Below are positions 1-14,131 of a DNA stretch of 64,000 nucleotides, piece by piece. The notes under the pieces are model-generated. The model was not told the origin of the DNA. It made no database searches and saw only the letters and a program-made list of their open reading frames with translations. Made by a program: the position numbers and the translations under genes. Source of the stretch: Fonticula alba ATCC 38817 (Eukaryota > Protista > Nucleariida); the NCBI GenBank assembly GCA_000388065.2, contig KB932203.1; one strand, written 5' to 3'. Position 1 is the stretch's first letter. The number at the start of each line of letters is the position of its first letter.

Positions 1-8
1 TCTCACAG

Positions 9-1190
9 GCGCTTGTGAATCGGCCAAAGTCGGCCACCCCGCGCCACTTGGCCCTTGGTGTGGCTGCCGTGACCGGGCTCCTTGCCGGCGGGGCCTGGCT
101 GGCCGGCGAGCAGTCTGCCCTTCGGCCAGCCCCCTCCCCCGGTTGCTGGGGAATGGCGCACCTCCATCGGCCGCTCGCCCTCTCTGCCACGCCTCCTTCT
201 AACCTTCAGCCCCCTGCTGACCCCCGGACACAGTCGAGTACTGTGGGAATGTCTGCCTCATCGTCCCAGCCGCACGACCTCGTGCAGGCCGCCACCCTTG
301 GCGAAAGCGCCGCCCTCACCACGGGCATTATCTTCGACTACGGGCCCGAGGAACAGGCCGCCGCCGCATCTCCACCACTCCCTGGCATGACTCGGGTCAC
401 GGTGCGTGTCCCGATTACCATGTGCTTTTCTCTCTCTCTCTCTCTCCACACCTCTCCTGCATACACGCACACACGCACACACGCACAAGCACGACATTAC
501 TTTGCCGTGCGGTCCCGCTCACCTCATCCGCCTGTGATACATAGATCGACCTCGCAGTGGCCATGCGTTGTGGGAGCTGCTCGGGGCTGGCGCGCCGGGC
601 TCTTACATCCATCCTCCAGTCTCCGGAGGCCAGTCGGGTGGTCTTTACGCCGGTGGCCATCGGCGTGTCACTCCCTGCCCAGCGTGTGCGCGTTGTGCTG
701 GACGTCCTGGCCGATGACAGCAGCTCGGCCGGCCTCCAGACGCTTGAGGACCTGATGGTGGCTGCCCTGGCCAAGGAGGAGCTGGAGGTCCGGCCATCCG
801 GCCGGTCAACCTCCCACGCGGATGGCGCCATTGTTGCCGAGTTCAAGTACGCCGAGTGGCCCGCCATCCCGACAGGCCCCCCTCCTTCCAAGACCGACGC
901 AGCTGGGTCCTACCTCGGGGAGAATGTCCTTGGCTTCGACACGCGAGCGGACCTCTGGTGGCCGGCCCTGCCGCCGGCCGGCACGCCGGCCAAGGGCATC
1001 TTCCGTGCCACGCAACACACCCCGGATCGGCTGCTGCTGCATGTCCGGGTGGATGGCCTCGCACCGAACCGCACCTATGGTCTCATGGTGCATGAGACCG
1101 GTGACGTGCGCGACTCCGCGGCCCCTCTGCGCGCTGGCGACTGTCTGCTCATTGATTCGCAGTATGTGCTCCCCTTAACCTCTGTGCCCT

Positions 1191-1243
<53 letters not shown>

Positions 1244-1733
1244 TCGCCCCCTTCCCCCTGTCCTTTGTGCATGTGCCTGACTTTTGCTCATGGAATCCCC
1301 CATCTATCTCTCTTGGTCCCTCTTGCTCGCCATCGGCCTCTCCCCCACGCAGACCCGTTGGCAAGCTGCTCAATGCCACTTCCGACGCCGAAGGACGCAT
1401 CCAATTCGATGGTCTATCGCCCCCCTCGACAGCTAGTCTGTCGATCAATGACTTCATTGGATATGTGGTGGTCTTGCATACGTTGCCGGTATGTGTCCCC
1501 CCCTCCCCCCAGAGCATGCTCTCCTGCGCCCCGCCTTTGCACCCTGCTCGAGTGACCCCTAACCAACCTCGGCATGCGGATCCACACCCTCTCCTGCGCG
1601 CCAGAACGACGACGGGCCCACCAATACCTCGCCGGCAGCCACGTACGCCGTGGTGGCCCGGTCTGCCGGAGCCGGCGAGAATCCGCGCCTCATCTGCGCT
1701 TGCGACGGGACGCCCGTCTGGCGTGGCGAGTAG
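9..1733 (+). CDS. CCS1: Copper chaperone for Cu/Zn superoxide dismutase (CCS); spliced, 5' end possibly outside the window
   Basis: Exons ~9-401, 545-~1161, 1353-~1488, ~1604-1733. Domain I MxCxxC motif (IDLAVAMRCGSC), SOD-like domain II (GLMVHETGD; ATSDAEGRIQF...INDFIG) and domain III CxC tail (AVVARSAGAGENPRLICACDGTPVW, TAG at 1731-1733). Confidence 0.9.
1193..1241. repeat. (TG)n microsatellite in a CCS intron, representative of many (TG/CA)n and (GA/CT)n tracts in the window
   Basis: Directly visible perfect dinucleotide run. Confidence 0.95.
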
Positions 1734-1781
1734 GACAGTCTTCCTGTGTTCCTCTCTGCACCCTCCGCATAAACAACCAAT

Positions 1782-1814
<33 letters not shown>

Positions 1815-2301
1815 CCATCCAAGTCCGCGGGCCCCTCCCTCCTTTTTGAAGCGGGCAAAAAAGCACGGGGACAGAGAGGCGGAACAAAAGAAAGACACCA
1901 GAGACAGAGGACAAGACGGTCGTGCACACAGCGCAACACACCCGAAGGATGTGCCTGACAGTCTAGGGTGACAGCGATGTACATGACCCACTTCGCCTCC
2001 GCCCGCCTCCCCTGGCGCGGCTTGCCACGCTCTTCGAAAAGGAGGAGGATAAAAAGCAAGCGCCGCCGCGGGCACAGCAGCAAAACGGCACCATGAACCA
2101 GGGAGGCTTGTTTATGTGTGTAACGTGCTGATAAGTGTGCGTGCGCACGCGTAGGGCACGAAAGGCAGGTGTGTAGTGGGGGGGGGGGGGACTCTCGAGG
2201 GAGGGCTCTGAACAAGGGGAGGGGGGAAGTGCCACCACGCGCGCGGCATGCCGCATTGTGGGGGGGAGAGGGCCACGGCGGCGAGGGAACAACACGCGCA
2301 T

Positions 2302-3382
<1,081 letters not shown>

Positions 3383-4183
3383 GGTGACAGGTACACGACA
3401 AATGCTCGGGAGAATCTGCTGAGGAGGGGGAGAACACAGGAATGTCAGGATTGGTGAGGGGTGCGAAGCCAAGTGCCAAGAAAGGAGGGAGGGAGAGAGA
3501 GAGAGAGATAGGAGGGAGTGCGACATGTCCCTGTGAGGCGCGGCAGGCGGTCCGGGAAGCGAGGCGTGTATGTGTGCGAGGGTGTACGAGCGCGGGCGCC
3601 CGATGGTGGAGGAGAATGGGTCACGCTCCCCACCGACACCATATACATGCGCGTGCGCGCGCGCGCACACACACACACACAGACATGCCTCCCGTCAGGC
3701 CAGTCACGCGCTAGGGAGGAGAGTCGACTGCGTGGGGGAGCCGAGAGGAGAGGGGGAGAATCACCGACATGGGGTGATATATACTGCATTGGTGTGAAGC
3801 AGGAGATGGGGGAAGAGGAGAGGGAGAGAGAAGAATCCAGTGTCGCCGCCTGTGGGCACAGGGCGGCTCTCCGACACTCCCGAGGGGGGCTCTCCACGAG
3901 AAGCCAGTGACACCGACAGGGCGTCTGTGGAGAGGGGAGGGAGGGGGGAGCCAGCGGGGAGCGCGCTCGCGCGCAGGCATTCGAGGGCGAATGGAGCAGG
4001 AGGGAGAGGGAAGAGGAGGGGGAGGGGGAGGGGGAAGAAGAGAGCACGAACCTCGACAACTGTGCGTAGGTCTGGCGGTGGGGGAGCTACGTGTGACCTG
4101 CCGACATTTCAATTCGCCGGGCGCTGGGGAGGGGCGGGGGCGCGCGTGGGGCCAAGAGAGAGCCAGCCACGTCGGGTCCGCAC

Positions 4184-4589
4184 GGGGGGGGGGGGGAGCC
4201 ACGCACACCACCCGTGTGCGTGGTGGTTCCCCCCCTCCCCCGAGCGGGGGTCGGGGGGCGAGGGCGCTCTCACATTCCCGCCTCTGTCAGACCACATTAC
4301 ACAGGGGCCGGGATATCAGCCCCGGCCCGGGAGGGGGCCGGGGGCAGCAAGGAGCGGCAGGACAAGCGTGGCTGGGGGCTCCGTCGGGGGGGGGGGGGGG
4401 AGCCACGCACACCACCCGTGTGCGTGGTGGTTCCCCCCCTCCCCCGAGCGGGGGTCGGGGGGCGAGGGCGCTCTCACATTCCCGCCTCTGTCAGACCACA
4501 TTACACAGGGGCCGGGATATCAGCCCCGGCCCGGGAGGGGGCCGGGGGCAGCAAGGAGCGGCAGGACAAGCGTGGCTGGGGGCTCCGTC
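4184..4589. repeat. Perfect tandem duplication, 204-bp period (189-nt core 4197-4385 = 4401-4589, each preceded by a G-run)
   Basis: The two cores read identical by eye. The G-runs are 13 and 15 nt long. Confidence 0.9.
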
Positions 4590-5397
4590 CCCGGTAGCCG
4601 GTCCTCCGCACGCGCGAGCGCGCGCGCGCGAGTGCGCACGCTCACGTTCGCCGCCACCCCCCCCTGGGTGTACCAATATGACACCCCGTGGCGGGCGGAG
4701 GTGCGCGCGCGCGCCCCCTCTACCGGGCGCGGCAGCCCTGACCCTCGGCCATCATGGGCAGGTGGCCGCCGTGGGGCCACAGCTGCCAGCGGCCAGGGCG
4801 CGCGGCCACATGTACCCGCCCACCGCGCGTCCGCCTGGACCCATTGTCGCCCCCCGCCCCCCTCCCCCCCCCCCCGTCCAGTGATGATACCGGCGTCGGT
4901 ACCTGTCTCCCCGCTCTGGCGTCCAGCCCCCCTCCCTCCAGGGGGGATGGGGAGAAAGATGGACCGTTGGGAAGGCGTGAGCTGAGAGTGGGTCAGCCCT
5001 GCTGGTGGTAGGGTGAAATGCGGGCCATTGTGGACTCTCAGCCCCGCCCCGGGCACGGAAGGTCAAGGGACAGCGGAGGGGGGGGGGGACGTGGGACCCG
5101 CCAAATGCAGGGTGCAATCCTAATCGGAGTTACACGGCCCTGGCGGGGACCCGGAAGAACACCCAGCAGCCCCGACCCTCGCGCCCTCAGACCGGGCGCC
5201 CGCGCCCCCAAACGCAGGGAAAAAAGGAAGCCAGAGGCGCGCAGGCGGGCACCGCGCCTGGCACACGGGGGGCCAACCGGGGGCGCGGGAACTCTTCGGA
5301 CCATGTGCGCCTCTCTCCTGCCCCCCCCCCGTCCTTGGAAAAGAGGGCGGGTAGGCGTCGCTCTTGGGGCTGGCTGGCTCGCTTGTACCGCTCTAGG

Positions 5398-5435
<38 letters not shown>

Positions 5436-7403
5436 GAGGGACAGAGGACAGGCCCGGGCCGAAAGAGGGACAACACACGTCGCGGTTGCCCCCGCAGGCC
5501 CGATGATGCGCGTTCAAAGCTCCTGGGCCCTTCCCCCTCGGCGCCCCCTGCCCGGGCGCGCGCGCGCGCGCCCACCAGGCTCGGGCGGGGGGAATCAACC
5601 GGGGCCTCCCGGGGGGGGGGGGGGGGGGGGGGGGGGCGGGACAGCAGCCCGGGAGGTTGCGAGCCATTGCCATGGCCACCCGGGCCAGCCCCGCCCTTCC
5701 TCCCAAGGCTGGCCAGGCTGTCAAAGGGACCTTGCCCGACTGCGCGCCCCTCCCCCCGTAACTCCGGCCGGGAGAATGGAGCTGACAAGGAGACGGGGCG
5801 CAGGGGGGGGGGGGGGCGCGTGCCCGCGCGCTGAAAGGAAAAGGCCTCGAGGGAAAGGAAGACACGACCCAGCGCCCGGGTGAGCCCCCTTCCGAGACTC
5901 CAGCCTCGTTACCCCCCGCGGCCTCGGGTAAACAGCGTGCACATGCGCGCAATCGGCCCTCACGTCGCGGCTGGCCCTCCCTGCCACACGCCCACGCGGT
6001 GCACGCACATGCCCTCTGGGGAGAGTTTTCTAGACTGTTTCAATCAGGGCACGAGAGGGTGCATCCATTCCCCCGGCCGCCCCCCCCCCCCCCCCCCCGG
6101 CCCCGCTGGCTCGCCTCGAGTCCTCGCACTCCTGTCCACATCGCCGACACACACACGGCGTCCTTCGCCTGTTCTTCCCCCTCAGGCCCTCCTCATGCTC
6201 CCCACCCAACGGGCAGGCCCGAAAATCTGCCCCAGGCGGAGCAAGACGGAAAGAAAGTGGGGGGGAGGGGGGGCGCGGGGCGATCACCCGCGGGCTGCGT
6301 CCCGCCCCCTGCACTCATGGCCGAAAAGATCCACCACCAGAAGGCTGGCACAAGGAGGACCACCCGCGCACGCCCTTCCCCTCTGGTATTTGGGCATCAT
6401 CTCCCTGTTTTGCCCCCCCCCCCCCCCGCCAGCCCAACCAGTCACGACGGCCCGACGCAGGAAAGGCCGCTTTTTAAATGCCCCCTCACATATAAGGTCC
6501 AAAATCCCAATGGACCTTTTCGCTCAACCCCCCCCCCCCCCATCACCCCTGCACCAGAATATCTGAGGCGCATTCTGGTGTGTGTCAACTGAATCTGATC
6601 AACTCATCCACATTTACCGCCCCAGAGACCAGTCACCAGCTTACACATCCAAGTTGGGCATTTCCTCCATGGCCGCGCCACGAAATCGGGGTTTAGCTTC
6701 CAAAGGAGTCAGACCCTGTCAGACCAACGGACCACTGAGGTGCCATCCCATGCGCTGGTATTTGTTCGGCCGCATGCGGTTGCCAATGGATGGGCCAACC
6801 TTGTTGGGGTAGAGCCGCGACGCAGCACACCTTTGAACCGGAAGCCCACTGCGACCGCCCGCGGACCCCTCTCTGTGTTCGGAGATACCCTCCCTCTTTC
6901 GGAGGTGCGTCACATGTCAAAACAAAAGCACATGGACGCCTCCACTGCCCACGGGATGTCTGTTCGTTCCCGGCTGCGGGTTTTCGCGTCCCTTGCCTCG
7001 CCTCCCGTGCCTTCGAACGGGGGATATCCCCTTGACGGATGCTCGACCATTTGCCTATGCGTAGGTGCGTGTGTGCGTGTATGTATGCGCATGAGTTGGT
7101 GTTTTATATTTCACAGCTAGGAATGATGGGTGGCATAAGTCCGTACACATGCGCGTTTAGCATGGGGGGGAGGGGGGAGATGCAGCGGCGGCAGGGCATG
7201 CACATGCGTCGTGGGGGAGGTAGATCTGGAAAGCGGCGTGTGCGTGTGTGTGTGCACAAGTATGTCTTTTGGGGAGGAGGCCGCGTCTATCGGCATGGGC
7301 CTCCTCCGCGAGGGGACACCACACAGATACATGCCATGGCACGCATGGACACATGCATGTGGTGGTAGTAGTACCGCCCCGCCGGCGGGAGGAGGCCACC
7401 TTT

Positions 7404-10243
7404 TTAGTCGGAGTCCATGGCCATGGTCAGGTCATCGGCCAGCATCGGGTCGCCGCCGTCATCGTCACCAGCCACCATCATACGCTCGCCATCGTCCTCC
7501 TCGTCCTCGGGATCATCCTCGGCGTCGGCCGCACGGATGCGGTCATACGTGAAGGACTCCGACCGCCAAACGGGGAACACGCGCTTGTAAAGGCTCATGC
7601 ACACCACATCCTGGGTCTTGAGAGGCCCATTGAAGAAGCACTTCATGTAGCCATGAGTACCGAGGGACTCCTTGATATGACCGATGCGACCGTTCTTGGT
7701 GTAGAGCTGGGCATGCACAGATGTCCATGTGTGTGTGTGTCGGAGGAGGGGGGGGGGGGCACACAGTGCAAACCCAAAGGGTGGTACTATGGTTAATATG
7801 AGGTCACATATGGGACACAATTGGGCACACCGGCGAAAGCCCCAAGCAGGAGGAGGCGGGAAAAGTCCCCCTCACACACACACACACACACACGCGATTC
7901 TGTACAGCATATCCCACCACCACCAGTCAGTACATACCTGCACGGGCTTGAACCAGCGGACATCCTCCGGGGTGTAGAACATGTACCGCACGGTGGCGGT
8001 GTTCCGGTGGACCTTGAACGGCTGACCGGTCAGGACAATGCGCTTGACCACCACACGGCGGGGGTTCACCTCGCGCAGGGACCCGGTGGCCAGGAGAATA
8101 GGCACACGGCCGGGGCCCTGGTCGTGGAAGAACAGCGCCGGGGCCGGCAGATAGGTGACCGGAGCAATGACCGAGGCCACCACGCTGCCGGAGAAGGCCG
8201 GCTGCAGGAAGCGCCGCATCCGGTGCTTGTCGCCGCCGCCATCGTCCGAGAAAACCGGCCGGCCGGTGATGCGCCGCGGGCCGCAAACGATCACCACATC
8301 GTCCTTGTTGGCGATGTGGTGGTCCCCGGAGGCCGAGTGGCGGGTCAGGGCGAAGTTCAGCACCGACAGCTTGCGCTCATGGCGGTGCAGACCATACAGC
8401 GACAGGACCGGGGTCACGGGCAGGTCGTCCAGGGCACGGCGCTCCTCCAGGAAGGACAGGGGAACCCCCTCCACGGTGATGGCCACATAATCGAAGGGGG
8501 ACACCGGGAACTCGGCGGACTCCTGCATGACGCGGCGCTGGGTGCGGGCGAAGTTCTCGAAGTCGAAAATGCGCGAGTACTCCACCGGCAAGTTCTCGAA
8601 GGCGTCCCACGGAGAGTGGCGGAAGCTGCCGAATGGATGGATGCCCCATGTGTGCGTGCGAAGTGTGGCGAGATGCATGGGGTCAGCACCGGCGCGCGAG
8701 CAAAGGCGCAGCATGGCACAGGTGGCATGGCAAGGAGCAGCCGGCCAGGGAGGATGGGCCACCGTGCGCGCACCTCTTCAGACCGCGGTACTTGCTGAAG
8801 CGATCACGCGCGCGGACACCCAGCGGGGTGTCGATCTCGTCCGGGAAGTGCAGGTCATCCTCGGCCGCCTCGATCTGGGCCGAGCGCTCCTCCTGGCGCT
8901 GGGCCAGGAAGAGATCCAGCTGACGCTTCTCCTCCTCCGGAGAAAGGTCCGTGGCCACGTGGCGGTCCTCGACAACCACATTGTCCAGCTCCTCCTGCTC
9001 ATGGGGGGTGTAGTCGCCGAGCTCCTCGCCGGGGAGGACATGGTCGCCACCGGTCGGGGCCTTGGCCTGGTACGAGACGAGGTCCTCGTCATCTTCGCTG
9101 CCGTCCTCGAAGTCGGAGTCTGTGCGGGGGGGACACACGCATATGAGTGTGAGTGGTGGTGGCGGTGGGGGGGGGGGGGAGCCGCCCCCTTGCAAGTGGG
9201 CGTTGGCCGGCGTGCATCTGCCCACACCACTCGGCATGTGTGCCCGGAGGTCACGCACCCACAATCCAGGCCGCCTGGTAGGAAGACATGCCCTTGGGCA
9301 CGCGGCGAGTCCGGCTCTTGCGATAGTCCTCACCATCGAACACCTCGTTGGCGGAGAACTGGCTCGAGTCCACGAAGCCACCGAAGTCCTCGTGGTCGCC
9401 AAACTGCCGGGATCCCAAGAGGGGAGGAGAAAGAGGGATGGGGGAGGCGCGTGTCAGTCAAGACGTCGTCCGAGGGGGAGTGGGGGGGAGGGTGCAGATC
9501 GCCCGCGAAGGCCCGTGCGAGCATGGGCGCACCTCGTCCTCATCACCGAGGTTGTTCTGCTCGTCGAACTCGTCCATCACGGTGTTCACCTCGATCATGT
9601 CATCGCGGTCCTCCGGCTTTGAGGCATCCAGCACGTCGAAGCCCACCTCCTCCGGGACATCGCCAACAATCGGGTCGCTACCGGGCAGTGCGACGGCCAG
9701 CCCGTGCGTGGACGCGGCGAGTCAGCAAGGATGGGCAGGGGGAGGCGTCGGAAAGCGAAAGGAAAGGGGAACAGGCAAGCAAGGACGCACAACTGCGTGG
9801 CCGGGCCGTTGGGCTGGGCGGACTCGATGCGGGAGATCTCAAAGTCACCGGCGTTGGGAATGTGCACCAGCTGGGTGGCGGCCATCGGCCAGCCGCGAAG
9901 GTACCCATACATCTTAACCGAGGCGGTGGTCGAATCCGGCGACTGGATGTACGGGACGAAGCGCTCGACCAGCATGTATGGGCGCATCTCGCGCCAGGTG
10001 ACCGCGCGCGGCAGGGTCTGCGACAGGGCCCGCAGGAGAGCATGCACCTCGGCATCGGTGTTGACGCCGAAGACGCGCTGCTCGTCGGCCGGGAAGCGGT
10101 TCTCAATGTACTTGACCGTGGCCTTGTGGGCATCGAGGCACTGCTTCGGGGTCATCTCGTCGGCATAGGTGTTGGCGACGACGCTGTGTCGGAGGGGGGG
10201 AGGGGNNNNNNNNNNGTTGGCGACGACGCTGTGTCGGAGGGGG

Positions 10244-10303
<60 letters not shown>

Positions 10304-11136
10304 AGGGGGGGGGGAGGGGGGGGAGAGGGGGGGGGGGTGTCGCACTGGACGGCCGAGGGGAGGCCCATGGCAAAGAGGGTGGAGATGAGGGTCTCGCCAA
10401 ACTCACTGGAGCTTTCGGTGGAGTCGTGGGCGAAGATGACGAAGTCCGCCACATTCAGGGCATCGATGATGCCGTAGATATCGCGCTGGGGGACATGCAG
10501 CAGGGTCATGATGGAGTTGGCCAGCTTGTCCACGCTGAAGGTGACGGGATCGGAGGACTCTGTGTTTTTTTTTCCCCGCAGAGGACGGAGGCAAGTCGAG
10601 GGGGGTCAGTGTCGAGGTGAGGGCCGGGGAGAGGTGGCGCGGAGGGTGGCAGGGCAGGCGCACCGGGATCGCCGCGGTGAACCTTCACCAGCGGGTGGTC
10701 CAGGATGGAAGACCAGATGCCACGGGGGTCCAGATTATCCGACAGGGGGACGATGGCGATGACACGGGGCGCGCCGCCCGGGCCGCCGTGCTTACGGCTG
10801 ATTGAGGCGATGTGCTGTGGCCGGGGGGGGGGGGCGCGAGCCGGGGAGAGCAGGTGTGTCAGGGGCAATGGCAAAGCAGGCGACAGGGGGGAGGGGAATC
10901 GCGCCGGGAGGGGCGTTCGCCCGGGGGCATGTGCCGCATACCATGCGCTTCTCGCGCTGGGCCAGCCGGGCCATGTTCCGGCGGTTGTTCTTGGAGGCGG
11001 TCAGCTTGGCCTTCGGGCCGTTGCCGTCGCGCTCAACGCGACCACGGTTCTCCGCCTTGATGGAGCCCTTGGTAGCATGGCGAGACTTGAAGGACTTATT
11101 GGCCTGCGACAGCCGGCCGGGGCGGTGGCCTGACAT
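7404..11136 (-). CDS. TSR1: Pre-rRNA processing protein TSR1 (BMS1/TSR1 family, 40S biogenesis); multi-exon
   Basis: N-terminus [24 protein letters not shown]. Also [42 protein letters not shown] and C-terminal [18 protein letters not shown]...[18 protein letters not shown]|[28 protein letters not shown]...[14 protein letters not shown] at 7404-7406. Confidence 0.95.
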
Positions 11137-11863
11137 CTTGCTGGGACACACCGCGGGCGGGCTGGTGTCGGGGAGAGGCGAGGGGAAGGGGGGGGGGNNN
11201 NNNNNNNNNNNNNNNNNNNNNNNNNNNNNNNNNNNNNNNNNNNNNNNNNNNNNNNNNNNNNNNNNNNNNNNNNNNNNNNNGAGGGAAAGGGGAAAGAGGG
11301 GGCTATGTTCATTGCGCCTGTGCACTTGACCTCCAGGCCGGGGGTGTTTTTCTCCCTCCCCCGGACAAAAGACGGGATGGGGGGGGGGGGGGGCTGCGCA
11401 TGGCCTCTCTCGGCTTTTGCCGTCCCCCCGCCCGCATCTTGGATCGCTGCCGTCTGCGGCAGGGCGACGCGGGGGAGAACCAGCCGGCGGGAGGGGAGGG
11501 CATGCGTGGCCAGCAGGCCGGGGCGAGGGCCGGGGCGGGGGGCGCGCGCGCGCGCGGTGTGGGGCCGGCCGCTCAACGCGCGCCCGGAGCACGCATGGGC
11601 TCCATCACGTGTGTCGGGAAAATTGGCACCTCTCGCCGTGCCGGGAGATCTTGCGACGACGACCGGCCTCGGAGCCAGGGGGGGGGGGAATGGCCGGATG
11701 CTGGCCAGCCCATGCAGGCCATTTCACGGTCCCTGGTGTTGCGTGGCCGAGGTTGCCCGGCCTTTGGTCCTGTCTCTTCCTCTCTCTCTCCACAGTGCCC
11801 CCCCCCCTCTCCTCCCCTGTTGTTCGCTTTACCCCTTCCTCCCCCTCCCTTCATCGCGGTGCC

Positions 11864-13762
11864 ATGTCGATGGACCTTTCTTCTTCGCGCCTCCTGCCGG
11901 TCGTTGCCGCAGCACTTGTTGGCTTGTCGGTGGGCCTGGTGAGCGCGTCGGCTCTGGTGGCGGCGCGTGCGCCTGCCGCGCCCGTGCCTGCGCCCGGCAC
12001 CGCCACCACCAAGCCCACTTCCTGCGGTGACCTCGCGGCCGACGGGCCTGCCACCGAGGATGACGAGGAGCTGATCCGCGAGCAGCTGGCCCGGAATTAT
12101 GCCTTCTACACGGAGGAGCAGATGTCTCGCATCCGTGCGGCCTTCGTGGTGGTGATTGGTGTCGGCGGCGTGGGCAGTCACGCGGCCATGATGCTGGCGC
12201 GCAGCGGTGTGCAGCGCCTGCGCCTGGTGGACTTCGATCAGGTAACCCTGTCCTCGCTGAACCGCCATGCGGTGGCCGAGCGGGCGGACGTTGGCCAGGC
12301 CAAGGTGGCCGTGCTGAAGGCGCACCTGGGCCGGTCGGCCCCCTTCGTCCAGGTGGAGGCCGTGCAGCAGATGTACACCCCGGAGTCCATGGATGAGATC
12401 CTGTCCGGCGGGCCGTCCTTCGTGCTGGACTGCATCGACAACACCTCGACCAAGGTGCACCTGCTGAAGTCCTGCCATGAGCGGGGTATCCCGGTGATCA
12501 GTGGCATGGGTGCCGGGGCCAAGGGCGACCCGAGCTCCATCCAGGTGGCGGACATCTCCCAGACGACGTGTGCGTCCCCTCCCCCCCCCCCCCCTCTTCC
12601 GTGTCTCTCCTTGCGCCGGGCGGGGCGACGGTGTGGTGGCCCCTCCTTGTTATCTTATTGATGGGGGCCTGGCGCAGCTGACCTTTCCCCTGTCTCCACC
12701 CTCCGCATCGGTCACTGTCGAATCCTTCAGATGACCCGCTCAGCCGCACGACGCGGCGTCTCCTCCGCAAGGAGGGCATCACCGAGGGCATCCCGGTGGT
12801 CTTTTCCACGGAGATCACCGACCGCAACCTCCTGCCGCTGGATGAAAAGCTGATGGCGCCGGAGGCCCCGGTAAGCCGGCTGTCGGCCAGCGATGCGCCG
12901 GCCCCGGGCAGTGAGGTCAAGGCTGCCGCGCAGGAGTACCAGATGATCCCGGACTTCCGTGTGCGCATCCTGCCGGTGTTGGGTGCGTCTCCCCTTCCCT
13001 CTCGCGATCTGCGCCTTTCCCTTGATCGCGCTCTCTCTCTCTCTCTCTCTCTCTGTATCTCACACGCATATTGGGCCTCCCTCTCTTCAACCAGGCACTC
13101 TGCCGGCGATGTTCGGCAATGCAATGGCCACTTTCGTGCTGCAGTGTCTGTCTGGTGTGGCCCCCCCGCGACAGATCGCCGTGCGTGGCCGGCAGGAGCT
13201 CAATGAGAAGATCCATCAGAAGCTGAAGATGCGCGACCGGAATGTCTACAATGATGAGTACGTTGTCATGAGGGGGGGGGCTGGCAACGGGCGATCGCCA
13301 GGATGTCCACCAACATGTCCCATGAGAGCGTGCCCGGTCTAATGCTCTGCTGTTTGTCATGGCCTCCCGGGGCTTCGTCTCTTGGCTTATCGGATGCCGG
13401 CACTTGGCAGCCCCCGCCACATGCCACTTGTCCACTCGGACACCGGGTACCTGGTGGATGAGGTGTGGTGTTGCCGGTCGGCGGTCAGCGGGTCGCCCGT
13501 CCGGCCGACGCTGGTCCGCTGGCGTCGGGAGCTCCGAAGCAGCGTGGACAACCTGGTGATCATGACCCAGGAGGAGGCGGACGCGCATGATCGATACTTT
13601 GCGGAGGATGCGCCGGCGGCCGAGGCAGCGGCCCTGGCGGCCGGGCAGTCGGTCCCCGAGGCGGCGGTGGCCCGTTTCGGTGGCCTCTACTCCGAGGAGG
13701 TGATTCGCCGGGTGGAGCGCCGTTTGGCCGAGGAGCGTCTGATCTCCGAGTTGCGCGTGTAA
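11864..13762 (+). CDS. TCD1: tRNA threonylcarbamoyladenosine dehydratase-like ThiF/E1 protein (yeast TCD1/TCD2, bacterial TcdA family) with N-terminal membrane anchor; multi-exon
   Basis: N-terminal hydrophobic segment, then DEELIREQLARNYAFY, VVVIGVGGVGSH, LRLVDFDQVTLSSLNRH, FVLDCIDN, VISGMGAGAKGDP, GIPVVFSTE and DFRVRILPVLG. Stop TAA 13760-13762. Confidence 0.9.
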
Positions 13763-13924
13763 CGCGGGCGAGCTGCATGTCTGCACGGTCCCCTGTCTTT
13801 TTTCAAACAAGTGTTTTTCCCCGCCCGGTTCTTCGTTTGCCAGTCGTCCCTTTCTTCTTCATCTTCGTTATCATCATCTCCTTCTTCTTCTTCTTCTTCT
13901 TCTTCTTTGCGCGCGCGCGTGCGC

Positions 13925-13968
<44 letters not shown>

Positions 13969-14043
13969 CTGGGCATGCTCGATGCTCAAGAAATCCCGAC
14001 CTTTCTTGGCCTTCAAGAGCCAATGGCGCTCCCTGTGGACCAA

Positions 14044-14131
14044 CCAACCATAGCTCAATTGGTAGAGCATCAGACTGTAGTGGTAAAAAGCAATTATCTG
14101 AGGGTCGCTGGTTCGATTCCGGCTGGTTGGA
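14044..14131 (+). tRNA. tRNA-Tyr(GTA) with 15-nt intron, copy 1
   Basis: Acceptor CCAACCA/TGGTTGG, A73, D arm GCTC-AATTGGTA-GAGC, anticodon stem TCAGA/TCTGA, loop CT-GTA-G^A with intron TGGTAAAAAGCAATT at 37/38, T arm GCTGG-TTCGATT-CCGGC. Confidence 0.96.

Noticed and set aside
4881-4985. Box C (GTGATGA) ... box D (CTGA) pair resembling a C/D snoRNA
   Set aside because: No convincing terminal stem, no C'/D' boxes and no rRNA-complementary guide that I could recognise.
10171-10245. Direct repeat GTTGGCGACGACGCTGTGTCGGAGGGGGG on both sides of the 10-N gap in TSR1
   Set aside because: Typical contig-overlap artefact at a homopolymer; it duplicates part of one exon end.
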